Below, one piece after another: positions 11,157-20,918 of a stretch of DNA of 64,000 nucleotides. The stretch lies in the sequence record NC_031039.1. The stretch is one strand, 5' to 3'. The translations under genes were made by a program, and so were the position numbers. The notes under the pieces were generated by a model, which was not told where the DNA came from, searched no databases, and was given only the letters and a program-made list of their open reading frames with translations. Numbering within the stretch: the stretch's first letter is position 1; each line of letters opens with the position of its first letter.

Positions 11157-11168
11157 TAAGTAATTGTT
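11157..11168 (-). promoter_or_regulatory. Late-type promoter AACA-attact-TA for baseplate operon
   Basis: Matches AACA-N6-T(A/G) about 20 nt upstream of the 11137 start. Confidence 0.65.
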
Positions 11169-11188
11169 CAAAGTTTATTTAAAAAATG

Positions 11189-11201
11189 AAATTTATATTA
11201 T
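11189..11201 (+). promoter_or_regulatory. Early-type promoter AAATTTATATTAT
   Basis: Repeated motif upstream of SD of 11242. Confidence 0.7.
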
Positions 11202-11241
11202 AATAAAGATAAAAATATAATAAATAAATGGAGGAAGAACA

Positions 11242-11877
11242 ATGATTTGTGTAATTGACAAGGTTGATAGTGAATGGAGTAAAAAAGCAAAATATGCAAT
11301 CTTTCATTGTTTGAGAACTTTACAAAAAAATAAAATGATAGATTATCTTTATATGAAAAGGGTAGATTCTGTTATTTTAAGAAATAGAATGGATAATGAA
11401 AAAGAAACTTTACAGGGATACTATGAATTTCATAAAAAAAGAATCACAATTATTCTGGATAGTAAATTTTTACTTACAGAAGGTGATATAATATATACAT
11501 TCCTTCATGAATTAGGGCATCATTTTTGTGGTGAACATACTTTCTTTAACCAAGATTACAATCCAAATAAAATGAATATAGAATATTGTGAAGAAGAATT
11601 AAAAGCTGATAGTTTGGCAAGAATATTATTAATTAAGTTCTTTGATAGAAACATTTTTAAGGATATTATTGAAAATGTAGATAATAGAATAAACTTCTTT
11701 AAAAGAAAGTATAAATCGCTTAAGAACCCAAATATATGTAAAAAAGTTATATCAAATGATCCTTGGGTTTCTTTTACAATGAATTATAGTGTTAAGAAAG
11801 AAAATCCAACATATAGTATTAGTTTTGACAATAAGAATATTAATCCAACTTCATTTTCAACGAGACTTATATCTTAA
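11242..11877 (+). CDS. ImmA/IrrE-like zinc metallopeptidase
   Basis: FLHELGHH (HExxH) and EELKADSLA motif. Confidence 0.7.
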   Translation: MICVIDKVDSEWSKKAKYAIFHCLRTLQKNKMIDYLYMKRVDSVILRNRMDNEKETLQGYYEFHKKRITIILDSKFLLTEGDIIYTFLHELGHHFCGEHTFFNQDYNPNKMNIEYCEEELKADSLARILLIKFFDRNIFKDIIENVDNRINFFKRKYKSLKNPNICKKVISNDPWVSFTMNYSVKKENPTYSISFDNKNINPTSFSTRLIS

Positions 11878-11889
11878 AGGAGAAGTATT

Positions 11890-12054
11890 ATGATTAGATT
11901 AACAAAAGGAAAGTTGCAAAAAGTAATCAATCAACATCCTAGTTGGACAATAAATGAAATAGCAGATGAACTAGATGTAAGTGAATCAACTATTAGGAGA
12001 TGTATTAAGAGTTTTAATATCGATTATAAGAATAAGAGAAGAGGTAGTCTATGA
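11890..12054 (+). CDS. Single-domain HTH protein (54 aa), not in ORF track
   Basis: MIRLTKGKLQKVINQHPSWTINEIADELDVSESTIRRCIKSFNIDYKNKRRGSL; SD AAGGAG; stop overlaps next ATG. Confidence 0.8.
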   Translation: MIRLTKGKLQKVINQHPSWTINEIADELDVSESTIRRCIKSFNIDYKNKRRGSL

Positions 12055-12500
12055 CAGAAGAATATTCACATCATACTCTTTATCGGGAATCACATCTTTC
12101 ATTTTCATTACTTAAAGAGATTCTATCAGAAAATGATGAAACATTAGAACTAAAAGATGATAAAATATTTCTTTCAGGAATACCATTAAGAGATAATTAT
12201 GATAAGATGCTCTTAGTATATAGTGACTCTTCTAAAAAGTTAAGAAGAAAAAATAAAAAGAAATATGACTATTTTAATGCTTTTAAAAATCAAGAGCATA
12301 ATGAATGTATTATTCACTTTCTAACCTTAGCAGATAATAATATTGATTTTATCGAAATTGAAGAGATGAATGATAAATTTTCAGTAAAATTTAAAAATAT
12401 TGATAACAAGGTATTGAAAGAAAGGGTATCTGAATGTAATATAAATGATAAAAATAAAATAATAATGGATATGTTACTTAAATATTATAATATTATTTAA
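12051..12500 (+). CDS. Hypothetical protein
   Basis: 149-aa ORF with SD GAGG. Confidence 0.7.
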   Translation: MTEEYSHHTLYRESHLSFSLLKEILSENDETLELKDDKIFLSGIPLRDNYDKMLLVYSDSSKKLRRKNKKKYDYFNAFKNQEHNECIIHFLTLADNNIDFIEIEEMNDKFSVKFKNIDNKVLKERVSECNINDKNKIIMDMLLKYYNII

Positions 12501-12529
12501 GATTAGATAGGGAGAAGAGGAGAGACAAA

Positions 12530-13747
12530 TTGGCTGATATAACTCTTACGGATAAACAGAATAAAGCTAAAAATGAATGTCTTGATTGGTACTTTGGTAG
12601 GGAGACCAACGGTAAAGATCCAGACAGAATATTCACTATTGCAGGATTAGCAGGTACAGGAAAATCAACATTAGTTAAATTTATAATTGAAGAGATAGGT
12701 TTAGATGTTGATGAGGTAGTATTTATTGCTTATACAGGAATGGCGGCAAATGTTCTAACACGAAAGGGAAATGTAGGTGCTAGCACTATTCACAAATTTA
12801 TCTATCATGCTATTCCTGTTAAAGATCCAGAAACAGGCGAAGTTCTTAAATTTATATTCAAATTAAAAGAAAAAGATGAAATGGATGATAAAATTAAATT
12901 AGTTGTAATTGATGAAGTGTCAATGGTAGATACAGGAATGCTTAACGAAGTACACTCTTTTGGTATTAGGACAATGGCTCTTGGAGATCCAGGACAATTG
13001 CCACCTGTCGGCAATAGTGGTAATACTCTATTGAAAAATCCAGATGTTTTTCTTGATGAGATCATGAGACAAGCATTAGATAATCCAATTATCTATCTAT
13101 CAATGTTAGCAAGAGAGGGAAAATTTATATCATATGGAACTCATGGAGATAGAGTACAAGTAATTAGAAGAAATGAGTTATATAAAGACATGTTTTTAGG
13201 TGCAGATCAAATAATTGCTGGCTATAATGAAACAGTGCAGAATATAAATGCTTATCATAGACGATTTATATTGGGAATAGAAAATCCATTTCCTATTGTG
13301 GGAGATAAAATTATTTGTGGGAAAAATCAATGGGAACACACTATTTATGAAGATAATTTAGAAGTTTCATTAGTAAATGGTCTTATAGGTAGAATAGAAT
13401 CTATTGAAAATCAAAAAAGATCTGCTACGTATAAGATAAGTTTTAGACCAGAATTCTTTAAAGAAGAGAAATTCCCTAAATTATATATGAATAAGATTCC
13501 TTTTATGAATGAAAAGGTAAGGGAATCATTTGATGAAAAATCTCTTTATGTATTTAGAAAGAAAATTATTGAAACTTATGGTATTAGTGAATTTAAATTT
13601 GGATATGCCATTAGTTGCCATAAAAGCCAAGGTTCTGAATTTGATAATGTACTATTGTTTGAGGAAAGATTAAATAAGAAATTTCATAAAAATTGGTTAT
13701 ACACAGGAATTACTAGAGCAAAAGAAAAATTAATTTTAGTTAGATAG
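12530..13747 (+). CDS. Dda/RecD-like SF1B helicase
   Basis: GLAGTGKST, AYTGMAANVL, STIH, VIDEVSM, GDPGQLPP, GYAISCHKSQGSEF, YTGITRA. Confidence 0.92.
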   Translation: MADITLTDKQNKAKNECLDWYFGRETNGKDPDRIFTIAGLAGTGKSTLVKFIIEEIGLDVDEVVFIAYTGMAANVLTRKGNVGASTIHKFIYHAIPVKDPETGEVLKFIFKLKEKDEMDDKIKLVVIDEVSMVDTGMLNEVHSFGIRTMALGDPGQLPPVGNSGNTLLKNPDVFLDEIMRQALDNPIIYLSMLAREGKFISYGTHGDRVQVIRRNELYKDMFLGADQIIAGYNETVQNINAYHRRFILGIENPFPIVGDKIICGKNQWEHTIYEDNLEVSLVNGLIGRIESIENQKRSATYKISFRPEFFKEEKFPKLYMNKIPFMNEKVRESFDEKSLYVFRKKIIETYGISEFKFGYAISCHKSQGSEFDNVLLFEERLNKKFHKNWLYTGITRAKEKLILVR

Positions 13748-13794
13748 GTAATTATGAATACTAGAAAATTAGAGAAATAAGGGGAGAATTTATA

Positions 13795-14529
13795 ATGACT
13801 AATTGGGTGATCAGTGATCCACATTTTGGACACAAAGGTATTTTAAAATATGAGGAAATTAGAGATTTCAATAATACTGATGAAATGGATGAAGCTATTA
13901 TCAAAAATTTCAATGATATTGTATCTGAAGGTGATACAGTATTTTGGCTTGGAGATATGTTTTTCTGTAAGACAGAAAGAATGAAATATATTGTAGATAA
14001 GCTTAAGAAGACTAGAAATATTCTTGTTCTTGGTAATCATGATAATGGTGTTTCAAAAACTAAATTTAAACGTTTTGGATTTATGCCTTATAGAATGTAT
14101 CAATATAAAGATCTTATTCTTACTCATGAACCGCTCAGTGAAGTTAATCTTAAGATTCTTTCTGAATATGGTATTACTAAAAATATTCATGGACATGTTC
14201 ATAGTAATATTGAAGGTATGAATCAAGATAAATATAAATGTGTAAGTATTGAATGTACGGATCTGAAGCCAATTAATATTGATAGTCTATCTAGTATTAA
14301 TCCATTCTTTGAATATAATATTAAATTTAATGTCACTAATGCATTTGGAATGATTTGTCTTCCACTTTATAAAATACCTTCGGAAAAAGAATTAAGTATT
14401 GATGAAGTTAAAGAAATGGCAATAAATCTTCTTAATAAACAAGAGAATGACTATGTTATTAATGAGATTAAAATTACGAAGAAAGTACTATTAGATACTG
14501 AAATTACTCTGCTGAGAGGAGCTAGATAA
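13795..14529 (+). CDS. Calcineurin-like phosphoesterase
   Basis: SDPHFGH, LGD, GNHD, THEP, HGHVH. Confidence 0.9.
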   Translation: MTNWVISDPHFGHKGILKYEEIRDFNNTDEMDEAIIKNFNDIVSEGDTVFWLGDMFFCKTERMKYIVDKLKKTRNILVLGNHDNGVSKTKFKRFGFMPYRMYQYKDLILTHEPLSEVNLKILSEYGITKNIHGHVHSNIEGMNQDKYKCVSIECTDLKPINIDSLSSINPFFEYNIKFNVTNAFGMICLPLYKIPSEKELSIDEVKEMAINLLNKQENDYVINEIKITKKVLLDTEITLLRGAR

Positions 14530-14531
14530 AC

Positions 14532-14855
14532 ATGGACAATGATATTATGAAAGTGTATTATGAGGAAAATAAAGAGGAATTATTAGAATGTGCAAAAGAA
14601 TCTCTTCTCACTGCAAATGAAGCTGAAAAATCTCTTAAAGAAAGAGAAAATAATGAATTTTATTGCCCTAATGAAAATGAATTCGATAAGGTAAGTAAAG
14701 AAGAATTTAACAGTTATTTAATGAATAAAGATTATCGAATGCGACCAGTATCAATAGATAGAGAATTATATATTGATAACAATAAGAATACTGTTATAGC
14801 AGTTAGATTTCTCTCAATGTATGATAATCCTGAAAGATATATTGTCTTAAGATAG
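14532..14855 (+). CDS. Hypothetical protein
   Basis: 107-aa ORF, SD GAGG. Confidence 0.65.
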   Translation: MDNDIMKVYYEENKEELLECAKESLLTANEAEKSLKERENNEFYCPNENEFDKVSKEEFNSYLMNKDYRMRPVSIDRELYIDNNKNTVIAVRFLSMYDNPERYIVLR

Positions 14856-14936
14856 GTTAAATAACTATCTTCAAATTAATTATGCTATTAATGATTACAA
14901 AAAAAAGTCTACTATGACACTATAAAATAATAAAGG

Positions 14937-15164
14937 ATGATTAATATGTATAATATAGGTACACAATTTAAGTTAAAAGAAGAAATTCAAATAGGGAAAG
15001 AAAAATTTTCAGAATCAACAATAGTCGAGATTGATTCCTATGTTAATGATAATAGTATACAATATAATCTTTTATTTAAAGATAAAGAGAAAAATAAAAA
15101 TGTTATCCATTTTGCTTTTCCTGAAGTATTTATTGAAAAAAATTTAATAATTCTTAATAAATAA
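14937..15164 (+). CDS. Hypothetical protein
   Basis: 75-aa ORF ending at terminator. Confidence 0.55.
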   Translation: MINMYNIGTQFKLKEEIQIGKEKFSESTIVEIDSYVNDNSIQYNLLFKDKEKNKNVIHFAFPEVFIEKNLIILNK

Positions 15165-15168
15165 TTTT

Positions 15169-15205
15169 AAAAAATAACTCTCTAAAAGAGAGTTATTTTT
15201 TTTTT
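15169..15205. terminator. Bidirectional intrinsic terminator
   Basis: ATAACTCTCT/AGAGAGTTAT stem with A/T tracts between convergent genes. Confidence 0.85.
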
Positions 15206-15857
15206 ATCGTTTAAATACATGATTTCCAATAACTTTAACGGTTGGTCTACTATCCAACCATCTACTTGTTGCTGTTGAAGGATTATAAAAATAAAGTGAA
15301 CCTTGTCCGTTTCCTCCAATATTAAATGCTTCATTTACTGCTCTTACAGACTCAGAATCAGCTGATTTGTAAATAGAGCCATTTGAAACTGGAGAAAATT
15401 GACCACTTTCATAAATAACTCCTTGAATAGAATTCGGGAATTGATCATTATTTACACGATTTAAAACGACTTTAGCAACTTCTACTTTACCAGCATAAGG
15501 TTCACTTTCAGCTTCTGCTCTAACTAATCTAGCTAATAAATCTCTATCACTAGATGGTGCTTTAACTTCCGATGAAGTAGTTTGCTTTGACTGTTTAGTA
15601 TTTTTAACTGTAGGTTTAGAAACAGATTCACCTTTAGCTGGGATAATAATATTTTGACCAATCAAAATTAAATCATCCCATTTATTATTTGCTTTTCTTA
15701 GTTCATAAAGTGTGATACCATTTGTTTGACTTATTCCCCAAAGCGTTTCTCCTTTTTGAACTGTATGATTTGTAGCCGCATATGCTTTATTTGCCAATAA
15801 TACGGGGATGGCTAATAAGAATGCTAAAACTATTAGAGCCTTCTTCATGTATATCAT
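15204..15857 (-). CDS. Secreted LysM + SleB/CwlJ-family (Hydrolase_2) cell-wall hydrolase
   Basis: Signal peptide, HTVQKGETLWGIS LysM, LARLVRAEAESEPYAGKVEVAKVVLNRV, YESGQFSPV, SLYFYNP, IGNHVF. Confidence 0.92.
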   Translation of the reverse strand: MIYMKKALIVLAFLLAIPVLLANKAYAATNHTVQKGETLWGISQTNGITLYELRKANNKWDDLILIGQNIIIPAKGESVSKPTVKNTKQSKQTTSSEVKAPSSDRDLLARLVRAEAESEPYAGKVEVAKVVLNRVNNDQFPNSIQGVIYESGQFSPVSNGSIYKSADSESVRAVNEAFNIGGNGQGSLYFYNPSTATSRWLDSRPTVKVIGNHVFKR

Positions 15858-15883
15858 CTCCTTAATTATTATGATATTTTGTT

Positions 15884-15895
15884 TAATTCAATGTT
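15884..15895 (-). promoter_or_regulatory. Late-type promoter AACA-ttgaat-TA
   Basis: Motif match upstream of SleB-like gene. Confidence 0.55.
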
Positions 15896-15944
15896 ATAAA
15901 AACTGCTCATTTTTTAAGGATCTTAGAAATTTTTAAGAAGGGAT

Positions 15945-16115
15945 ATGAAGAAATTGAATTACTTTTCAAATAGAAATATTGATGATATTATAAATGAAAG
16001 CAACACAAGTAAAAAAATATTTTTAAGTGATAAAGAAAAGATATTAATGAAAGCAGGGAAAAATCCTGTAAAAATTAATTATAGAAAAATTAAGAAGAAA
16101 AAAAGAAAAGGTTAA
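15945..16115 (+). CDS. Small basic hypothetical protein (56 aa), not in ORF track
   Basis: MKKLNYFSNR...KIKKKKRKG; weak SD GAAGGG. Confidence 0.45.
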   Translation: MKKLNYFSNRNIDDIINESNTSKKIFLSDKEKILMKAGKNPVKINYRKIKKKKRKG

Positions 16116-16153
16116 CAGTAAATTAAGATATAAAATTATAAGGAGAAGACATT

Positions 16154-16876
16154 ATGCTTAATTTTATTGGTACTGGAAGTGCATTTAATACTAAACTTGG
16201 AAATAATTCTGCTTTTATTAAAAAGGACAAAACCTTATTTCTAATTGATTGCGGTAGTACAACATTTAGTCGAATGCAAGAAGCTAAATTATTAGATGAT
16301 GTTGAAAAGATAGCTGTACTCTTAACTCATACGCATCCTGATCATGTAGGTTCTCTGGGTGACTTAATCTTATATGGTTACTATTCAATGGGAAAATTAG
16401 GAGAACCAAATGTTACTGTTTATACCCCTAATCTCTTAAGAATTGAAAATCTACTTTGGTCACAGGGAGTTTCAACAAAAACATATAATTTAGTTCAATT
16501 TTTTGATAAACGTTTTATAAGATTCGGTGCTCAAGAAATAGGTTTAATTGCATTAGAAGTTGAACATGTTTTAGAATTGAATTGCTTTAGTTATATTATC
16601 AACTATGATGATAAAACAATATATTATAGTGGAGATTCAAATGAAATTCCTAATCAGATCATTAAAATGCTAGAGAATGGTAAGATTGATATATTCTATC
16701 AAGATACATGTAAAGTAGATTATTCTGGAAATGTTCACCTATCATTAAAGAAATTAGAATCACTTATTAAACCAGAATATAGAGATAAAGTGTATTGTAT
16801 GCATCTTGATAACGATTTTATTGAAGAAGAAGCATGGGATTTAGGTTTTAAGGTAGTTGAATCGATAATTAATTAG
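16154..16876 (+). CDS. MBL-fold metallohydrolase (Apyc1/RNase Z-like)
   Basis: FIGTGSAF..NN, IDCG, THTHPDHVG, YSGDS, YQD..VH, MHLD. Confidence 0.85.
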   Translation: MLNFIGTGSAFNTKLGNNSAFIKKDKTLFLIDCGSTTFSRMQEAKLLDDVEKIAVLLTHTHPDHVGSLGDLILYGYYSMGKLGEPNVTVYTPNLLRIENLLWSQGVSTKTYNLVQFFDKRFIRFGAQEIGLIALEVEHVLELNCFSYIINYDDKTIYYSGDSNEIPNQIIKMLENGKIDIFYQDTCKVDYSGNVHLSLKKLESLIKPEYRDKVYCMHLDNDFIEEEAWDLGFKVVESIIN

Positions 16877-16888
16877 GAGGAATATATT

Positions 16889-17152
16889 ATGACGGTAGAT
16901 GCAATTAATAAATATATTAAACCATATCTTGCAGAAAATATTGAAAAGGATGCAGTATTCCATATTCAAACGACTAGTGTAAACTATTTTTATACATCAC
17001 GAATGGAAGATATTCAATTTGATGATACAACTGAAATTATGTCATTTAGAGATGTTGATAGTCGAGTGCTTTTTCACATAGATTATAGTGATATTAATAT
17101 TGTTGCTAGAAAAGATAAAGCAAATGATTTTAACTTAGCAATTTATTCATAA
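16889..17152 (+). CDS. Hypothetical protein
   Basis: 87-aa ORF, AGGAGG SD. Confidence 0.7.
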   Translation: MTVDAINKYIKPYLAENIEKDAVFHIQTTSVNYFYTSRMEDIQFDDTTEIMSFRDVDSRVLFHIDYSDINIVARKDKANDFNLAIYS

Positions 17153-17154
17153 TT

Positions 17155-17186
17155 ATAATACCATAAGGGAAACCTTATGGTATTAT
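17155..17186 (+). terminator. Intrinsic terminator hairpin
   Basis: ATAATACCATAAGG-GAAA-CCTTATGGTATTAT. Confidence 0.85.
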
Positions 17187-17246
17187 TTATTTAACTAAAA
17201 TTGAAAATGAATAACAAAAATATGATTGAAATTTGACCTATTTTAT

Positions 17247-17259
17247 AAATTTATATTAT
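17247..17259 (+). promoter_or_regulatory. Early-type promoter AAATTTATATTAT
   Basis: Repeated motif upstream of gyrB. Confidence 0.7.
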
Positions 17260-17353
17260 TATATAGATTAAAATATTTAAAATAGGAGATGAAAAATGGT
17301 TAAAATTTTTGTTCCAATAGTTGAAAATAAATAAACTTATATTAATTAATTAG

Positions 17354-19678
17354 ATGAAAATGGGGGAATATTTGATGGTAACGACAAAAGTAAAAAATCA
17401 ATATAGTGATGAATCAATTGATCTTTTGGAAGGTTTAGAAGGTATCAGAACACGTTTTGATATGTATGTGGGTGGAAAAGATTCAGCGGCATTTCATCTT
17501 GTAAAAGAAGTAGTGGACAACTCTATTGATGAAGCGATCAATGGATATTGTACTAATATTAATATTACATATGATGAAAAACTCAATCAAATTTCAATTG
17601 AAGATAATGGTCGTGGTCTTCCTACTGGTATTAATAAGAAGACTAAAAAACCTACAATTGAAGTACTTTTTACTTATATGCATGCAGGTGGAAAATTTAA
17701 TAAGGATAGCTTTAAAGTATCAGGCGGTAAGAATGGTATTGGTTTAAAAGCAGTTAATGCTCTTTCAAGCTTCCTATTGGTTGAATCATTTCATAATGGC
17801 GAACACTATTCAATGGAATTTTCTAAAGGAAAAATCGTCAAATCATTAAATAAACTTGGAAATACTACAAAACGTGGTACAAAAATTACATTTATACCTG
17901 ATGATGAAATTTTAAAACAATTTGCCAAAATTGATCAATCTCTGTTAAAAGAGGAATTAAATAAGAGAGCATATATCAATGCTGGTCTTGAAATTAACTT
18001 AAAAATTGGTAAAGAGAAAACTACTTTTAAACATGATAACGGAATTATTGACTATCTTAATGATATTAATACAGATCAAATTAATGAACCAATCAATTTT
18101 GAATTTACTGATAAAAAGGGAAATATTTATGAAGTAGTATTTAATTATGCTAATGAATCAGGAGAAAATATTAAATCATTTGTTAATGGTATCTCAACAA
18201 GCAAAGGTACTCATGAACAAGGCTTTAAAACAGGACTAACAGTGGCACTACTTGAATTTATTAAAGAAAATAATCTATTACCTAAAAAGTTAGAAAAACT
18301 AGAAATTAAGGGTGATGATATTCGAGAAGGATTATATTCTATTATTAGTCTTAAACTCTTAGAACCAGAATTCCGAGGACAAGTAAAAGATGAATTAAGT
18401 AATAGTGAAGTACTTGGGGAATTGAAAAAGGCTACTCATGAAAAGACAAAAGATTGGCTATCAAAAAATATTGATATTGGTAAAAAGATTGCAAATCGTA
18501 TTATTGCATTTGCAAAGGGTAGAAAAGAAGCTAATGCAATTAAAGACAAAATTGTAAAAGTAAATGGTAATTCTTCTGGTTTATCATTTAAATCTGATTT
18601 CCCTGATTGTGATAGTAGAGATATTACAAAAAACGAAATTATTGTTATTGAGGGAAATTCAGCTGGAGGTAGTGTACGTAATGCTAGAATTTCAGAAATT
18701 CAAGCTGTATTCCCATTACGTGGTAAACCATTAAATGCATATGGGTTAACTCATGCTAGAATTCTAGCAAATAAAGAATTTAAAGAACTAATTAAAGTAA
18801 TTTTTGGAACAACTGATATTAAGAATATTAGTTATGATAATATTAGATATGGTAAAATTATTATTTTGGCAGATGCCGATGATGATGGATACCATATTAC
18901 TATGTTGCTTCTTGCATTTCTATATGAGCATTTTCCTAAATTAATTGAGGATGGAAGAGTATATATTGCACTCTCCCCATTATATCGTGTTAGAAAAAAT
19001 AAATCCGATAAATATCTTTATTTCAAGAATGATAAAGAGTATGATAAATTTGTAATTAAAGAGATTGGAAAGAAATATAAACTTGATCCAATTTCTCTTA
19101 GTAAATTCATTACAAACGGAAAGAAATATACAAGTTTATTTGATAGTATTAGACATAGATATAATATTGACATTGATGTATTAAATATTATTGAAAATCA
19201 TATGAGTGTAAATAATGATATTCGCACTAAAGATATTGTCTCAGATCTAAAAGATATTGATCTAGCAGTTACAAAAGAAGGAAAAGATCTTAAAGTAGAA
19301 GGTTTATACAGAGATACTTGGCATAAACTCATTATTAATGATGAATTTGTTAAACATATTGAAGAACTTTCAGCGGTATTTAATGATTTAGACGTAGTAA
19401 CAATTGAAGATGCAAAAGACGGTCATATTGTAAAAGAAGATGAATATATTTATAATGCATTAAACTTTTTAAATAATTCAATTACTTTTGTCAGAAACCG
19501 TTTTAAAGGATTAGGAGAAGCAGATGCTAATGAGTTATTTGAGACTACTCTTGATCCAAAGAAAAGAGATTTAGTTCAAGTCAATATTAATGATTTTGAA
19601 TCTACAGATGAGATCAATAAGATTCTATTTGGGAATAATGCTGATTTACGTAAAATGTTTATTGATAAATATTTGTAA
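17354..19678 (+). CDS. gyrB: DNA gyrase subunit B (type II topoisomerase)
   Basis: LEGLEGIRTRFDMYVG, EVVDNSIDE, EDNGRG, HAGGKF, EGNSAGGS, PLRGK, ADADDDG, RFKGLGE; true start may be ATG 17375. Confidence 0.95.
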   Translation: MKMGEYLMVTTKVKNQYSDESIDLLEGLEGIRTRFDMYVGGKDSAAFHLVKEVVDNSIDEAINGYCTNINITYDEKLNQISIEDNGRGLPTGINKKTKKPTIEVLFTYMHAGGKFNKDSFKVSGGKNGIGLKAVNALSSFLLVESFHNGEHYSMEFSKGKIVKSLNKLGNTTKRGTKITFIPDDEILKQFAKIDQSLLKEELNKRAYINAGLEINLKIGKEKTTFKHDNGIIDYLNDINTDQINEPINFEFTDKKGNIYEVVFNYANESGENIKSFVNGISTSKGTHEQGFKTGLTVALLEFIKENNLLPKKLEKLEIKGDDIREGLYSIISLKLLEPEFRGQVKDELSNSEVLGELKKATHEKTKDWLSKNIDIGKKIANRIIAFAKGRKEANAIKDKIVKVNGNSSGLSFKSDFPDCDSRDITKNEIIVIEGNSAGGSVRNARISEIQAVFPLRGKPLNAYGLTHARILANKEFKELIKVIFGTTDIKNISYDNIRYGKIIILADADDDGYHITMLLLAFLYEHFPKLIEDGRVYIALSPLYRVRKNKSDKYLYFKNDKEYDKFVIKEIGKKYKLDPISLSKFITNGKKYTSLFDSIRHRYNIDIDVLNIIENHMSVNNDIRTKDIVSDLKDIDLAVTKEGKDLKVEGLYRDTWHKLIINDEFVKHIEELSAVFNDLDVVTIEDAKDGHIVKEDEYIYNALNFLNNSITFVRNRFKGLGEADANELFETTLDPKKRDLVQVNINDFESTDEINKILFGNNADLRKMFIDKYL

Positions 19679-19682
19679 AATG

Positions 19683-19721
19683 ATAACAACCTTACCAATA
19701 ATAGGTAAGGTTGTTATTTTT
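19683..19721 (+). terminator. Intrinsic terminator
   Basis: ATAACAACCTTACC/GGTAAGGTTGTTAT stem plus T tract. Confidence 0.85.
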
Positions 19722-19738
19722 ATTAACAGGAGGTTATT

Positions 19739-20536
19739 ATGAATAATATTAATAAAGCTAAAGTAATTGCCGCAGGTTCATCAATTCTTATTGCTATTAG
19801 TCTTACTACAACAACAGTTACATATAATTATATGAATAAGAAGATTGAAACCAAAGAGAGCGAAGTTACTGAATTAAGAGATAGTTTTAAAAATCTGAAA
19901 AAAGAAAAAATTAATTTAGAAAAAGAAAATAAAGATTTTTCAAGTAATAATAAAAATCTTGATAATAAAGTTAAAGAACTAAAGAAATCAAAAGAAGAAC
20001 TAGATAAAAAGAATACTGAGATTTCAGAAGAAAATAAAGAATTAAAGAAGTTTATTGAACATGTACAAAAATTGCCTCAATGGACTGAACAAGATGTAAC
20101 TCAAACATCTAATACTAGTAAGATTGGATTGAAAATTGCTCTAAAAGATACTGGGTTAGATGGTCTTGAAGAATCATTTATTGAAGCTGAAAATAAGTAT
20201 GGTATTAATGCTATCTTTTTAACATCATTAGTAGCACAAGAGAGTGGTTGGGGAACTTCAGATAGAGCAAAGAGAGATAATAATCTTTCTGGTTATGCAG
20301 TTTATAGTGATTCAAGTAAAGGAAAGTCATTTGCTAGTAAACATGATAGTATTATGAGTACAGCAAAATTATTAAAGGAAAATTATGTAAAAGAAGGAAG
20401 AAAAGACATTTATTCAATAAATGATAAATATACACCCGTAAATGGTCATGATTGGGCGAATAATATAATTAGAATTGCAAATAAATTAGTTAAAAAAGCG
20501 AATGTTAACCAATATATTAAAGGACAAAAAATTTAA
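19739..20536 (+). CDS. Membrane-anchored coiled-coil GH73 glucosaminidase
   Basis: N-terminal TM, coiled coil, YGINAIFLTSLVAQESGWGTS..NNLSGY..W motif. Confidence 0.85.
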   Translation: MNNINKAKVIAAGSSILIAISLTTTTVTYNYMNKKIETKESEVTELRDSFKNLKKEKINLEKENKDFSSNNKNLDNKVKELKKSKEELDKKNTEISEENKELKKFIEHVQKLPQWTEQDVTQTSNTSKIGLKIALKDTGLDGLEESFIEAENKYGINAIFLTSLVAQESGWGTSDRAKRDNNLSGYAVYSDSSKGKSFASKHDSIMSTAKLLKENYVKEGRKDIYSINDKYTPVNGHDWANNIIRIANKLVKKANVNQYIKGQKI

Positions 20537-20550
20537 GGGGGATTTTAATT

Positions 20551-20901
20551 ATGAATAAAAGATATAATAAAAATGAGCAACTTGCAAATGAGTTAAGAGA
20601 CTTTATTATTGAAAATGAGTTTACAAATGTTCGAATCTACTTTAATAATAAAGCATATGACTGGTGCAGTTCTAGTAAAGAACCAATTTTAATTAATAAT
20701 ATTAGACCAACAGAATATTTTCCGACTGCAAATAATAAAACTGTTTCAATGAGTTTTGAAGGAAATCTATATTATCCTATGAACTTCGGTGATAATGATA
20801 ATGACTTTACCACCTATAATACAATTAAAAGTATTTTTAAGAGATATGGTTATTATTTTGAATTTGGAGATGCATGGAATCTAACTGCCTATGATTTATA
20901 A
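20551..20901 (+). CDS. Hypothetical phage protein
   Basis: 116-aa ORF with SD. Confidence 0.7.
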   Translation: MNKRYNKNEQLANELRDFIIENEFTNVRIYFNNKAYDWCSSSKEPILINNIRPTEYFPTANNKTVSMSFEGNLYYPMNFGDNDNDFTTYNTIKSIFKRYGYYFEFGDAWNLTAYDL

Positions 20902-20918
20902 AAGGAGAAAGAATAATA

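Noticed and set aside
17296-17334. 12-codon mini-ORF MVKIFVPIVENK with SD upstream of gyrB
   Set aside because: Too short to support without expression data; no attenuator structure seen.
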